Positions 8,960 through 22,200 of a stretch of DNA of 64,000 nucleotides are shown piece after piece. Positions within the stretch are counted from its first letter, which is position 1. The number at the start of each line of letters is the position of its first letter. This stretch comes from Paraphysomonas bandaiensis. Taxonomy: Eukaryota; Protista; Chrysophyceae. The translations under genes were made by a program, and so were the position numbers. The notes below the pieces were generated by a model, which was not told the DNA's origin, did not search any database, and saw nothing but the letters and a program-made list of their open reading frames with translations. The stretch spans positions 188,876 through 252,875 of the forward strand of contig CBFFRP010000200.1 in NCBI GenBank assembly GCA_965644295.1, written 5' to 3'.

Positions 8960-11900
8960 TCATAAGTAACTGTCGCAGTTGTTTTCGGGGAGGTCAAGAT
9001 CCTTTGTCCACCGCCTAGAATGGTCCGGTCTCGAAGCAGACGGAATTTTCCTCGGCTTCTTTTCACCCTATCAAGATATAATTATGCTATTTGCTTATAC
9101 AAATATTATTAAACTTACTCGTGAGTAGTACTTATTACAATTGTGAAGGCGAATCCACTTTTTATAAGCTTTCTTTGAATCAGCAAGGCGTTTTGCTGCT
9201 GCCGAACTATTCTTCTCTTGTTCTTTTGTCTGATCACAACATATAAATTAAAATATGGTATCAAAACTAACAAAGCACTTTACCTTCAATTCGACCTTCT
9301 GCTTCTCAGTCTCTTGCTTCCGTTCTATCCATTCCTTATACTGTTTTGCTTGCTTCTCTCTGTAAGATGCATCAAAATCCAAAGCGTTTCGAATCGCTTG
9401 TTCTCCATCAGAACAAAATAATTCTGATCCTAATTCTCTCACTAATATAGTGTAAAACTCTTCATTAAAGAAAGAATCGAATAATTGCTTCGTGATGAGA
9501 GGGTACTCGTTTTCATCTCGTGTGGCACGGTTATCGTTCATTACCCTTCTCTTCAAAGCGATGGCCTTACATCTCAACTCGTGGTGAATACGAGGATCAG
9601 AAGCCTGGATTGCTTTGTCCACTGCACTTTCTGTGAGATTCAATGGGGCCAACCACGAACTTTTGCATTTTCTTGCCGAAAATGCTTTATTACGCTCTGC
9701 GAGGTCTGCTCTGATCTTCGCCAGTTGAGTGGTTTCCTGCTGAATACTTCTCTCTAACCATTCACCAAACTTTCTGCAATTAGAATAGTTCTCCTTTCTG
9801 TTGGAGTCATCATATCTTTTAAATATATCCTTCGTCACTTCAGCATTCGTTTTTTCAGCCCGACGAAGCTGCTCTTCTTTCTCTATCAGCAACCGCTTCT
9901 TTATTGCACGCCTAGCCTTTCTTTCCTCCTCCATCTTAGCCGACTTCCCTCGTGCTTTTTTGATGACATCTTCATTATCTTTCAACCATCTCTTATACTC
10001 AACATTTAACATATGTGTAAAGTCTCGTCTCCCAGATACGTCCAACACCCATGCATCTACTCTGTTCTTGATCTCCTGGTCCATGACTTCGGGTGGAACA
10101 ATATCAAACTTCTTAACCATGGCATCTATATCACTTTCGGACAATGAATGTTCTAAGCCTGCAAGGGCTTTTCGGAACTCAATCGCTACAGTGTTTTCCG
10201 TGCGCTTTTTAAATGCGTTGTCTTTTATTTTCGTATCTAGCCACGTAACCCAATTGCAGGCACCTTGGCCAACACGGAGATGAACAAGGTACTTCCGTAA
10301 CCAGTCTGCATGAATTCTGTGTTTAAATATGACGGAGGAGGACACCAATGCAGTATTTAGCGATTTCATTTCCCTGCTATCAGCAACTGACACCCGCAAA
10401 CTTGTGCCATCGCACCCTACTTTCTCTGCAAAATTCTTGACCAGAGTGACCAGGAGGTGCAACTGCGGAGCTGACAGATGAAGTCTGGCCGCACAAAATG
10501 CTTCTTGTACCTCGCTAATAGATATCCACTCTCGTGGTGACGATACAACAACCTTGCCCCGAGCTGGATTCATGGTATAAGGTTCAATATAACCAAGGTA
10601 TACCTAAAAAGAAATTAATAAGGAAATTATATACCATCATAAGAAATACCTGTATTGTGTGATACAGGTCTGTCTGTCGCACAGTTTGTGTTATAAGATC
10701 CTCTAATACAAAGTGTGGTGAGTAGTCACCCTCATGGGACCCCACATAGAACTTTTGAATACTACTTGTGGCGCTTGTAGATACTCTCTTTCGTCTTGCT
10801 GGAGGTTCGCTGGTACTCCGGCTTTTGCGCCCAGTCCTTCTAACGACTGGCTCTGGACCAGGTGACTGCTTTACAGCAGGTGGGGGGGCTTCTTCAGAGA
10901 CTTCTTCCTCGGGTATGACTAAAGGAGGGGGCGGGGTATCCTCAGGCGAGGCTGGCGTATTATCAATCTGAGGCTTTTCTTCTTCCTCATCTTCTCCTTG
11001 TTGCATATACCGCTCCACAGCCTCCTCACACATACACAGAAAGGATCTCACATCTAGCATTGGTACACCTTCTTCATTGAAGCCAGCCCCACAGACTGCC
11101 AAAATAGTTGCTAAAGATGAAGATGAAGTGGCGAGATCAATCTCTCGTTTTGTCTCCCAGTCTTCCTGAATTCCAACCGCCAGACCTAAACTAATGAAAC
11201 GACTATTGAAGTCAGGTACAGGTATTATGTGAAAGTCGGGGGACTCGGAAAGCCATATTGCAACATCAATGCCTTTTGCTCTTGCTGAAGCAACCAACAA
11301 TGCAGTTTCGATTCCCAAAGTGTCGATCTTTGTGTCGTTAACTGTCTCAATTGGCACGGTCGGTTCTTCAGGGGAAGGTTGACTCGAAACTTCAGTTAGT
11401 GGGGCCTTACCACTATCATTTTTCATTTGCTGGAGACTGAATGATTCACCCACCTGACCGCGTGATACCACGGCTGCAGTAGTATCCGCTTCAGTTAAAG
11501 GGATGGCACGGTCACACTCGCCAGCGGGAAACCAAGGCTTGTCATTCTCTTCTTCAGTAATCAGGCTCCAGTTCTTCTCGTCAGTATCATCGGCATTGTG
11601 GTCATATACGGTATACCATAAGTTACTCAATGGAAGCAAGGCACACTCACGAAGATGTTGCATTTGCTCAGGATAACCTCCATTGAAACATCCAAATCTT
11701 AGTGCAGTTGATAGTTCAATGTGCACTTCAGCCATAGAATAGACATAGAAATCACAGCCTGTACATTCACGAATACGAAGCTGTCGGCTGCATGCATACA
11801 GCGTACTCTTCTCACAGTTCCGCATAAAAATTGTGCTGGTCGATGCGCCAATAAATATCCGGCAGTTTTTAACATTATCAATTTGAACTTGCTCACAGGC

Positions 11901-12089
11901 ATCCATTACAACAAGCTCACAGTCCTCGCAATTAATGATATCGAACATCTGACCATTTATGCTTCCTGGTGGCTTTATATGAGGCCCTTTCTCTTTTATA
12001 TCATGGAAAGAGTAATATGTCGCCATCATATAATCGCGCCATTCCTTTCTGGTCTCGAATTCTATTCCATCCTGTACTTTAAACACCAT
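8960..12089 (-). CDS. TBCC/C-CAP-domain protein (XRP2/RP2-like) with long acidic/Pro-rich and coiled-coil C-terminal extension; about 4 exons
   Basis: PGSINGQMFDIINCEDC...QVQIDNVKNCRIFIG...QLRIREC...VHIELS is a cofactor-C/RP2 beta-helix. ORFs 10584-12089 and 9248-10573 appear joinable by a short GT-AG intron near 10600-10650, followed by two small 3' exons. Confidence 0.75.
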
Positions 12090-12556
12090 GATGAGGAGGT
12101 TTGTATGATATGGTTGGTAAGATATTGTATGAGGTGACTGCAGACAGGCGCCTTTATACCCTCTACAGATACTCTTATCGTGAAGTATGAAGGAAGTATG
12201 AAGTACACGTTAATAATATCGAAGAAACGAAGTGAAAGTCAAGATGATGCAGAGAAGTTTATTACTGTTCTGTTGGTGTTTTTTTGATATGTATATATCA
12301 ACGGTCGATCTCGTTTAAAAACTATCCATACAATACAATACCGGAATACGCTGACCAAATACAGGTACAGTATCCATATGCAGTGTAAGACTTCATACAA
12401 TAGATATGTACGGAATGGGCCAATCAGCATCCAGATAAAGCTGTACACATACTCATACATATACCTCGACACGATCATGTCTACTAGATGTGCGTGCAGC
12501 ATATGCACATACATCTCTACCAAGAACACAGTTTGTCATTCAATTTAAAGAGAGCT

Positions 12557-14375
12557 ATGGTGTTTTCATTTTTTCGCTCATTATCCATCAAAAGTGCTCC
12601 GCTTGTCTTATCAGCTTCACTCCTATACCCCTCTAGAGAGCACAGCTACAGTGCTGAAGAGAGCTCTCCTGTGCGCCCTCATCAAGTATATGACATCGCT
12701 GTTATCGGGGGAGGTGTTGTCGGTTTAGCTGTCGCACGGGCATGTTCTGTTCAATGTGGGGCTAAAGTAGTAGTATTGGAGCGCGAAGATGCCGTCGGAG
12801 CTGGTGTGTCTGCGCGCAATAGTGGGCTTGGATGTACTGGTTATGATGCCCCTGTCGGGAGCTTGGAACGTCAGTTATTGCGTCGAAGCATTCAACTTCA
12901 TCCTAATTTGTATCGATCCTTTGGTCTAAGCTCAGAGCACGTTCGGAAATGTGGTTCTGTAATAGTTGCTTGGACACCAGCTGAACGAGACATGCTTCCG
13001 ATGATACTGGAAGAAAATAGATTGGCAGGAGACATGGATGCAGTACTGCTTTCACAAGAAGAGCTTAGACGGCTAGAGCCTTCTCTTTCTCATGACGCTT
13101 TAGGAGCCGTATATTGTCCCTATGAGGCAGTTGTGGAGCCATGGCTGGTCCCTGTTGGTTATGCAGAGAGTGCTCGTCTCAGTGGAGTAGAATTCCGTAC
13201 AAGTACAGAGGTCGTATCTGCACGACGGGTTGAAGGTCTGTGGTGTCTAGACCTAGTTTCTAGTGGTGTCGAATCTTTGGATAAGCTAGCGGTGCCGAAT
13301 ACTGTAGCCCAGAAGACTTGTGAGGTACTTCAGAGTTTCATTATTGATAACTGTTACATTTGTACTAGGTTGAATGCGAACAGGCCGGCGAGGTGCGCGC
13401 GAACGTTGTAATAAATTGTGCAGGCTTATTTGGTGATGCGGTCGAGAGTATGCTGAGTGCTGCGGCTTCCGGTGAATCGAATTCCCAGAGTGAAGGTCGG
13501 TAATTGACTGTTTACGATATTTTGATCAATACAACGTAGGTTTTGTGCCGAAATTCACTGTTACCCCTCGCAAGGGGCAGTTTGTGATATTTCGGGGACC
13601 AAAGGAGGGATTTCCAGCGCCAGGGGTTATTATAGAACCTGTGGCAACGGAGTATACCAAGGGAGTAATTATCTGGACAACACTTTATGGAAACATCGTG
13701 GTTGGTCCAACAGCAGAGGACGTCGAGCATAAGGATGATTTCTGTACAGACAGTGAGACCGTGTGTAGACTCAGAAAATTCGGTGAAAGTAGAGTACCCG
13801 GTCTGAAGGACGCAGAGGTTGTGGGTACGTATTGTGGTCTGCGTCCTGCCACTGAACACAGGGACTATAATATATATTCCTCCACTACCCCACTTGGTGG
13901 TAAGTGGATCACCGTTGGGGGGATTCGCAGTACTGGTACACGTGAAATCGAAGCACTATTCTGAGTTAATTACTTCACAGGTCTTACGGCGTCTAGTGGT
14001 ATCGGAGAGTATGTTGCTCAGCTGTACTGTTCTGATCACGTGATTAGTCGAAACGAGAGCTGCATTCATCGCACGGACAAGGAGGATGGTATTACATCCA
14101 GCAAAACGGATGGACTTATTGGCGTTTCAGAGAGTGCTGAGAGCCCACTGCCTTTACATACTATCAACAGATTTTTGGTGCCTCTGCAGTCGCCTCCACC
14201 ACGATGTACGGGGAACGACGATTTGATGTGCTCTGAGGTGCCATCATTAAAAGACTTGGCGGCAGACTATGCAAGCAATAGTAGATATGTTAAGATTTAT
14301 GGTCGTCTACATCGAGTAACACATCCTATTAGTTATGTGGGTATGAAGACTCTCCATTACTCACCAGAAAAATAG
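12557..14375 (+). CDS. FAD-dependent oxidoreductase (DAO family; L-2-hydroxyglutarate dehydrogenase/GlpA-like), multi-exon
   Basis: DIAVIGGGVVG dinucleotide-binding motif; SARNSG; VINCAGLFGD; PRKGQF; GNIVVGPTAED; GLRPA; GIRSTGLTAS across introns. Confidence 0.88.
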
Positions 14376-14583
14376 ATAGTAAGTTATAGAAGTGCATGTT
14401 TAATCAAACACCCGATGGTGTATGTAAGCTGTTAGTGACGTAAACTACAATTTGACCTGCCTTAACTTTATGAAGCCTCAAATTCGTCTTAATACAGCAT
14501 TTTAATTACACTAATAGTTTATTCGTTTATTCACCACACATCAGAGAAAAATGGGTATCTTCTAGTGTCTACTGCGCTATACA

Positions 14584-15992
14584 TTATGCATGCGATACAC
14601 AATCGTAAATTAAACTAACACTCTGTTCAACAGAAAATGAACTAGGAATGCATATTTCACACTCAACGGGAGTCCCCTCAGATGAAGCAGCCCACCCTTT
14701 TAGAGTATCTTCTTCAGAAACACACGTTATAGCTTGAAGCGATTGTCTGTCCTTCGTCTCATTTAGCAAAATATCTACATAAAACAAATGTACACGATCG
14801 GCAGACTGCAATCCAATTAGACCATTAATCATATCACCATACTGCTGTGAATTGAAGCTTCCCCCCATGATAACAGTCGATCCAGCGTCGAGAGCAGTAC
14901 GAGCACAGGCTCGAATGATCTCTGCTGCGAGGGTGTCGGCATTACTATTTTCGTGCAAGACGGTGCTGACAAAGTATTCTTGCTCCAAATATGCGACATT
15001 GAATCCTTTCCGCACAAGCAACTCCTGAAGTGACCTACATATTCCGAACATCCCAACAGCTCCGGGACCTCGCACAATAACCAAACGGGGTGCGTGTCCA
15101 CAGGTAGGTGGATGAGTCGGACAATTAAGTGATTCAGCCAGTGATCTGCATGAGCTGCTATAGTCCATCATATCAAAGAATTCGAAGATCGGCGACAATA
15201 TGTCTGGCGAGCGGGAATGGGACGGATAAGCGAGACAGTGCAGCCAGGCGGGATACCCTGATAACACGGGAACAAATCCAGCCTTCTCCGCTTCAGTACT
15301 GTGAGAGAGTCGAATAGAGAGGCATAAGTCTAATGCAGAAAGTAATGCGCTTTGATCGAATGAGCGTATGAATTCTAGAAGATCTTCCTGCAATGCATTT
15401 ATATTATACTGTGATCAGACTGTCGAAAAGTCACAAACCTCAGTAGTGCTTTCAAAACATAGTGATACCCATTTTCTATCTCCACCGCATATGTTGGCAT
15501 CGCAATCTAGCTCAATCGTTGTAGTCTCTCGTTTTCTTCCTTTTGATATTACTCTACTTCGAAATTTGATGACGTTCACAACACGGTCTTCGGAAAGCAG
15601 TTGTTTGCAGTCATCCATACCCCGCGATGACAGCATGTTTCCAATATCAGACTTATAGGCATCGAACCCAGATTTTCCAAACTTTTCTTTTGTCCATTCC
15701 TCGGCGCCAGGGAGGATAAGAGATGTCCGATCACGGACTTTAACCTCCAGTCTCTTACCGGCCTGAAGACAGTCAGAGCGACATCGTTTTATCGATAGAC
15801 AATACCACATACTCGTTCTTTTATCCCTACTCTATCGCAGGTGCTAAGTATATATGTATCAGTTCTTGTCTCGCCCCATTGCCTATCAGAGGGACGGAGA
15901 CGCTCTATGGCAGCATTGTACTGAGACTCCTCCTCCACGCACACCCATCTATCAGACTTCTGCAAGACAGGTAAGAATACACGCCACTCCAT
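14584..15992 (-). CDS. CYTH-like domain fused to a degenerate P-loop (NMP-kinase-like) domain; 3 exons
   Basis: MEWRVF...ETRTDTYI...GIKER|AGKRLEVKVR...SGYPAWL, then RLVIVRGPGAVGM...VAYLEQEY...ALDAGSTVIMGG...FYVD. GT-AG introns join ORFs 15789-16118, 15415-15810 and 14584-15393. Confidence 0.6.
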
Positions 15993-16381
15993 GAATTCTA
16001 CTACTCTACAGATAATCCCTGTATGGAGTACACCGCCACTGAGCTGACACTGATGAGTGATATGCACAGCACACAGCAGTATGGTACTCTGCTCTAGTGT
16101 TGCAATAAGATCAAACATTAATACACGGAATACATTGAAATACAGGACATTACTGTGAAGATATCAGAGTGGTGGTGTATACGGTATACGGTGGAGGTAG
16201 TTCCTGTATTTCATGTAGTGTGTATGTGTATATGTATATGTATGATATGAGACAACAGGCACATACTGCTGTATCTACATACTGCACATACATGTACAGC
16301 TAGAGTATATGTATGTATGTATGTATACACAGGCAGGGGGTCATATGCAGTGTGTCTTAAGAGCACTAATAGAACGATACA

Positions 16382-16912
16382 ATGTCAAAACCTAAAACTC
16401 TACGAGATTTTCTATCCCTGTATCCTGTGATATCTCGAATATCAGTGAAGTGGGGTGACATGGATGCCTACAGGCACCTCAACAACACGGTCTTCTTCAG
16501 GTATCAAGAGGTCGCAAGACTCAGATTTTTCAGAGAATTTTTAAAGGAAATCGATACATCTGTCTTCGATGTAAAGAAATTTGATGAGGGGACTGGATTA
16601 GGTCCCATATTATCAACTACTTCTTGTACGTTTCGGTTACCGATAACTTATCCTGATAAATTGCTAGTTAGCTCTGTGATATTACCTGGCGATATGTCAC
16701 ACGATAGATACAAGCTCACCCACACCATGTGGAGTATGAAGCACGACAGCCTTGCGGCGGTTGGACACGGTGTAGTTGTGAGCTATAACTTTGAGACTGG
16801 AAAAGTGGAACCTATTCCGGAAGCAATGCGAACAGCCATTGAGAAAGTATCGCAACGCAATTCGTTGCATTTACTTGAACAACTTGAAAATTTACAATGT
16901 TTGGATGACTGA
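16382..16912 (+). CDS. Hot-dog-fold acyl-CoA thioesterase (4HBT/YbgC-like)
   Basis: VKWGDMDAYRHLNNTVFFRYQEVAR signature; GPILSTTSCTFRLPITYPD. Confidence 0.92.
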   Translation: MSKPKTLRDFLSLYPVISRISVKWGDMDAYRHLNNTVFFRYQEVARLRFFREFLKEIDTSVFDVKKFDEGTGLGPILSTTSCTFRLPITYPDKLLVSSVILPGDMSHDRYKLTHTMWSMKHDSLAAVGHGVVVSYNFETGKVEPIPEAMRTAIEKVSQRNSLHLLEQLENLQCLDD

Positions 16913-18153
16913 ATATATTTATCAGTTGTAAGATTTTAGTACTAGTTCGCAGTAGTTGTAAAGATATCTCTGTGGAGTGGTATATTTGTATATGATTTCC
17001 ATGGAATACGTTTGTACTGGTGATATAAGTTATTTATAGTATTCACCCGATTTAGAAACATTGGCAGAATCTGCTCTAAATTATATCTTTTTGCGTTTGA
17101 AGTCTTACTACTTGCATTTTAGTATTAATAACTTCGATGACAAAAGCAACATACGAATCTAGTTATCACAACACTTTCTTCACGGTGTAAACGTAATGAT
17201 GGTCTCTTGTACACGAGAACAGCATTTTGTAGGCACCCCAAAGGCAGGATCGCTGTATAGAGTATAGAGTGATTTCTAGAGAATATATGCTCCTTTTGAC
17301 ACATAAAGTTCATCCCAATAAGTTGGTGAGGAACAATTACCAGGGCTGCGTTTCAATTATTGCAATAGCAATAATTGAAATAGGGACAGCAAATCATAAT
17401 TTCAATTATAATTGACTCCAGCTTGCTTCAATTAATTAAAATACAACAACTTGGTACTGGCAAGTATTTAGAAAACAGCACTTTCTATTTTATGCCAAAA
17501 TTTAAAGATTGGTAGAATGCAATGAAATCTATGAGATTTATCTCATATAACATTTTTCTTCATTGATCCGCGATAGGAGCTACTATCTGGTACCAGAAGT
17601 CGCTGTTCGAGTGTTCTTCGAGAAAATAAATAAAAAAGAAGACGTTGCATTAGAGACTTGGCAATGCCGGAAGTGCTCTGTGGTATAGGTGTTAGGAGGC
17701 GAAAGAAGGGTTATGGGTGGATCAACCTCTAGCTGCATGCCATCAAATACGATGGCTGGAAAGAAAAAGTATTTTATGCGATGGATAAATAATTAAATAA
17801 GGTATCGCAAAATAGAACAACTACAGAAGGAAGGTGAACATCAGCTCGATCTACACGACGTTTGTACATTGTTTGACGAACTCATAACAAGGTCCCCGAT
17901 TGTGGAGCGTCATCTGGGCTATTGTTCATAACGCAGCTTTCGAAAACGCAGTAGTGAAGATTCAAAGTGACAATGAAGTCTCACCTACCCGGACGGAAAA
18001 GAATCAAATAAAACTATTTTCGCTAATGAAGAAGATGACGACAGTAAATCAGAATGACAACACAGCGCAAAGTTATATTGATGAAAACAGGCAGGCGAAC
18101 CATGCACGTTTTAACAAGCACACTCGATACCGTAGCATGAATCTCGTGTATGC

Positions 18154-18582
18154 CAGTTGTGAATATCTTATTATTAGCAATAAGCGTGTAAGAGTCAGAA
18201 ATAAAGTAGCAAAACAATTTAACTAACTAATGCTTAACTCTGATATCCTACTATTTGGCGCTACGAAAGCTGCTTATGCGTCGCCGTAAGCGCCAAGGTG
18301 CAACCACTTTCCCTCTATCACTCAGAATGTTGATATACTTGACATCTGCTGACTTCATCAGGCAGCCCAATACCCCGGATGCCCTTGAAGTGGGCTTATT
18401 CCCGGATGCCTGTTTATTCGCCAGGGCCCAAAGGCGTCTACACAAGTTAGTGTCCCTTGTACCAGACAATATCTTCTGACTATAGACTATATATGCGGCT
18501 CACGTTAGTTTCCCAGAAAAATATCTCCGATACTTAACCCCCAAAACACCACGAAAAGGTGCGAGTCCGACTTCGTTGAGGG
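18154..18582 (-). mobile_element. Ribozyme-headed retroposon family, copy B (both ends present), nested in the hAT transposase
   Basis: Colinear with 59803-60242; flanked by CGTGTATGCCA (18145-18155) and CGTGTACGACA (18583-18593); hAT coding relic resumes after it. Confidence 0.85.
18497..18582 (-). ncRNA. Putative HDV-like self-cleaving ribozyme (Pr77-like), copy B
   Basis: CCCUCAA-CGAAGUCGGA-CUCGC-ACC-UUUUCGU-GGU-GUU-UUGGGGG-UUAAGUA-UCGGAGA..UUUCUGG-GAAA-CUAAC-GUGAG-CC: P1, P2, P3/L3, P4 and J4/2 in HDV order. Confidence 0.65.
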
Positions 18583-19225
18583 CGTGTACGACAATAAGGT
18601 TGAAAGTTTATTCAGTAGACTAAGATTGTTATGAGTGATTTACGCAAGAGTATGAGAATATAATATAAGGATAAGACTTCTCGCCATTTAGATCTACTAA
18701 TATTTTTCCTCATAAATCGTCGCCTGTGGAATTGAGCAAGCGATGATGGCAGCTAATGTATAGCTACTTGAGTACGTAGTTTAGGATCAAATAATTGCAA
18801 TTCAATTAATTGTGACAGCAAGTAATAATTATAGTAATTATAATTGATTACAACCTGCGCAGCCTAGACAATTACAGTCAATTTGTTGTTGGTAATAGTG
18901 CTTACGGCGGATAGTTATATGGAAGACTCCTTTTGAGCCATTCCACAAATCCACAAATGATACGCTATAAATATTATTATCCATAATTTGGTAGTGGCGC
19001 TTTTCATATCGTACAGCAAATAAATGCCACTAAACTTTCAGGAAACATAAAAAATCACGTCAATAGTCTACGACTAGTGGCACAATTATTTCGCCATTGC
19101 ACTAACATCAATATATTGTCGCATAAAAACTCACACGACGTTTTCGATAACTACTTATGAGACCGTGCTCGATTTGAATCTTTACTAAGAAATTGAGAAA
19201 GTTCTTCTATTTGCATCTCAAGTCC

Positions 19226-22200
19226 CTAGGATGAATCGTTAGATGTTACAAGTGAAAAGTACCTTGCCTTCGGTACCTTTTCTGTGACATCCTCGTCAAT
19301 TAGAGCACTTGGCATACTGGGGCCATTGTGTCCTTGAAGAGCAGACGCCTTGCGTCTTCGACGCATCTCTTTTCCAGTGCTAATCGTATGGCTACTTTGA
19401 GTTGAAACTACACTATGTCGCGTACTACGCTCCAACATGCTTCCGTTACCACGACGATAGTCAATATTTGTATGTCCTGAGCTCTGAAGCCGAGGGTCAA
19501 GTTGTTCTCTATGCTGTAGCGATGTAGTTGATTTCGAATGACGATTAAAGTACTGTGATGAGTCAGGATGCTTTGAGAAGTATTCATCACTTAGACCCTA
19601 CAATCAAAGTGAACCCAATGAAATATAATACACGAATCAGCATACATGTGGAACATGAGGGTGATTGTCATGAACTACATGTAGAATAGCTCCAACTTCT
19701 ATTCCTTCGTTATCAGCTACATCTAGCAAATCCAAATCAATTGACTGTAACATAACATCAAAACAATTAATAAAAAAGAATGTAATACTTGTAATTCACT
19801 CTGTAAACTTTCGTACTCTCTTTTCATTGTTATATAAGCTCGTTCAATTTCCATCTTTTCTTTCACAGCTGCGTCACGAGCGGCTATCGCCTCCGCTAAT
19901 GCTTTGTCTTTAGACGCATCCCTTTTATTGAACTGTTCAACAGTCACCAATAGAGAAGAAAATTCCTTTCGCTTATCATCCTTAGAGGACATTAATTCGC
20001 TTTTAGTATTTTCAAGTTCCTCGAGAGACTTACGAAGATGCTCACGCAAAGATGCATTTTCAGATCGTAGATCAGAATAATCCTGAGATACTGTCGCTTG
20101 CATCGATGTCGCACTGATTATGCTCTGAGATTCATCAGCTGCTCTAGATTCAAATGAAATAGAGTTTTTCTTCTTTGCTACTTGCTGCCAGTAGTGAGCA
20201 CGAGCTTCCCAATCAATTGCTTGCTTTTTCAAGTGATTAACTTGTTCCACGACAGATTCATTTTTCTTTACCCACTGATCGCGGTCCATCTCTAGTGCTT
20301 TTACTCGGTCCTCGAATTGTAATTTCTCATCTTCGAGCTCGGCAATTGTTTCTTTCAAAATTCTACACTCCGAAACTTTTACTCGTACAGATGATATTAC
20401 ACTTATCAATTTCTTTGCATCGACCAGTTCCGAGTACAGAGTTTGACCCTCTTGGGCCAACAGCTGCTGCAAGTTGTCATGCAACAGAGTCAGTTCGTCA
20501 TGCTCTCCTTCACTCCGCTGCTCATATCTGTCCAAAGCGGCTTGTCTTTGATGCAGCATTTTCAATGACGCTTCTGACTGTTGTTGTTGTACAACCAGAG
20601 TATGCTCTTGTTGCTTGATAACTTCTAACAGTGAATCTCGCTCGAGCTTTATAATATCTAACTCAGATTTTAATTTAGATTCATTGCTGACCTTTTCTAA
20701 GCCCAATTGAAGCTCCTGAATTCGTCGAGTTAACACAACTTCTCTGGCCAACAAATTCGTTTTCTCTTCTACAATGGAGTTAAGTTCCGCATTAATTTGG
20801 TCTCGTTCTTTTATAGCATTTGTTACATCGTTCATCGACAGTCGAAGCTCATCTTGGAGTGATGATATCTTCCTTCCGGCGTCCTCATTTTTCTCAGCCA
20901 TCAATGTTTTTAGCTCTAACATTTCGGTACTCATAGCTTCTTTTTCTTTCCGCAAAATCTGGCATTCCTGTTGCCACTTTTCACAATCTTTAGCAACAGA
21001 CTGACCTTGCTTGTGTAACGCCTCAAGTCGTTCAATAAGCTCTGCCACTTGGGACCTCGCAGTTTTTTCTACTGTGGCACGCGCTTGGCGCTCATCATTT
21101 AGTTCGCTCAGAAGTCTCTCAGCCGTTTCTTCTTTGCGGAGAATAATGCCTTTCAATTCAGCGATATCTTCTTCTGCCGCTCGTAAAGCCTTTGTAAAGT
21201 CAGAGGTCGCAGATTTAGATCCAATAAATTTCTCAGCTTGGGTCCGTTGTATATACTCCTGCGCATTTTGAAGTTCTACCTTCATCCCATCTCTGTCTGT
21301 TCGAGCATTATCAAGTTCAATTTGAATCTCAATATACTTTCCGTGTAATTGACGATACGCTTCTTTGAGGTCTGGGTCCATAGAACCCATACCAACGTCA
21401 TCAGCCTTGACAACGATGTCTTTCGAGCAGCTCTGTTCCACACTCCCTGATGAAATAGGACGATGACGTGAAACACTACCAGGTGCAGAATATCTGGCAT
21501 CGTCCATCAAGTAACTAATCTTATAAGGATCTAGGCGTGCTAGACGTTGCTGTGGGTCTGCAATTGTCTGCTGGAGCAAATGGCGTGCTGCTTTTGAGCC
21601 AGGTTTATTCCCTCCAAGCTCTCCCTTTAACTTAGAAAACTCTGTGGCAAGAGTGTAAGTCAGGTTCGGATCAATAGTGTCGTTTATTCCGACACGACCA
21701 AATGATTCCATCCCCGGCATTGAGACAACACTCAACTGACACAGTCTCTCCGCGTACTTAAGAGTGTGAAGAGATTCATCATAGCAAGTATGGGACGGGG
21801 ATATAGTCGCCAACATAGTTGTGTTGCTACGACCACTCAATGCATCCCGTAGAAGCCACGTAAGAACAGAATCTCTGAACGGCAAACCCTTGGCCGAATT
21901 TCCTTTTCCTAATTCTTTGATGATATATCCTAAAGTTGACAGTGAGCGTCTGATCATTTTCAGTTCCAATCTTTCGGTATTACCGCTTGAGCGCTGGGAA
22001 GTGCCATAACGCTTGCGCCTACCACTCGTATCTAGATCTTCTCTCACAACTTCCTTCTCTGAACCCGCAAGATCGACCATCTGTGCTCGTACATGGGCAT
22101 GTTTCTGTACTGTCCTGACCTGTGGTACGGAACACACAGCTGTTGATGATATAGATTTGGAGAATGATGGAGAAAAAGGGTCAGGGTCATCAACGGGAGA

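Larger units (their letters stand above)
17341..18867 (+). mobile_element. Decayed, internally deleted hAT-like DNA transposon
   Basis: 8-bp TSD ACAATTAC (17333-17340, 18868-18875); imperfect TIRs CAGGGCTGCG...CGCAGCCTAG. Broken transposase fragments: BED-like WQCRKC...KKGYGWINL, LDLHDVCTLFDELI...AIVHNAAFENAVVKIQ, and C-terminal NKVESLFSR...VMSDLRKSM...LINRRLW. Confidence 0.85.

Noticed and set aside
17900-18479. ORFs 17900-18226, 18255-18479 and the similar ORF 2892-3131 as a small gene family
   Set aside because: Chance frames through the hAT relic and the antisense strand of the non-coding repeat; frames are not conserved among copies.
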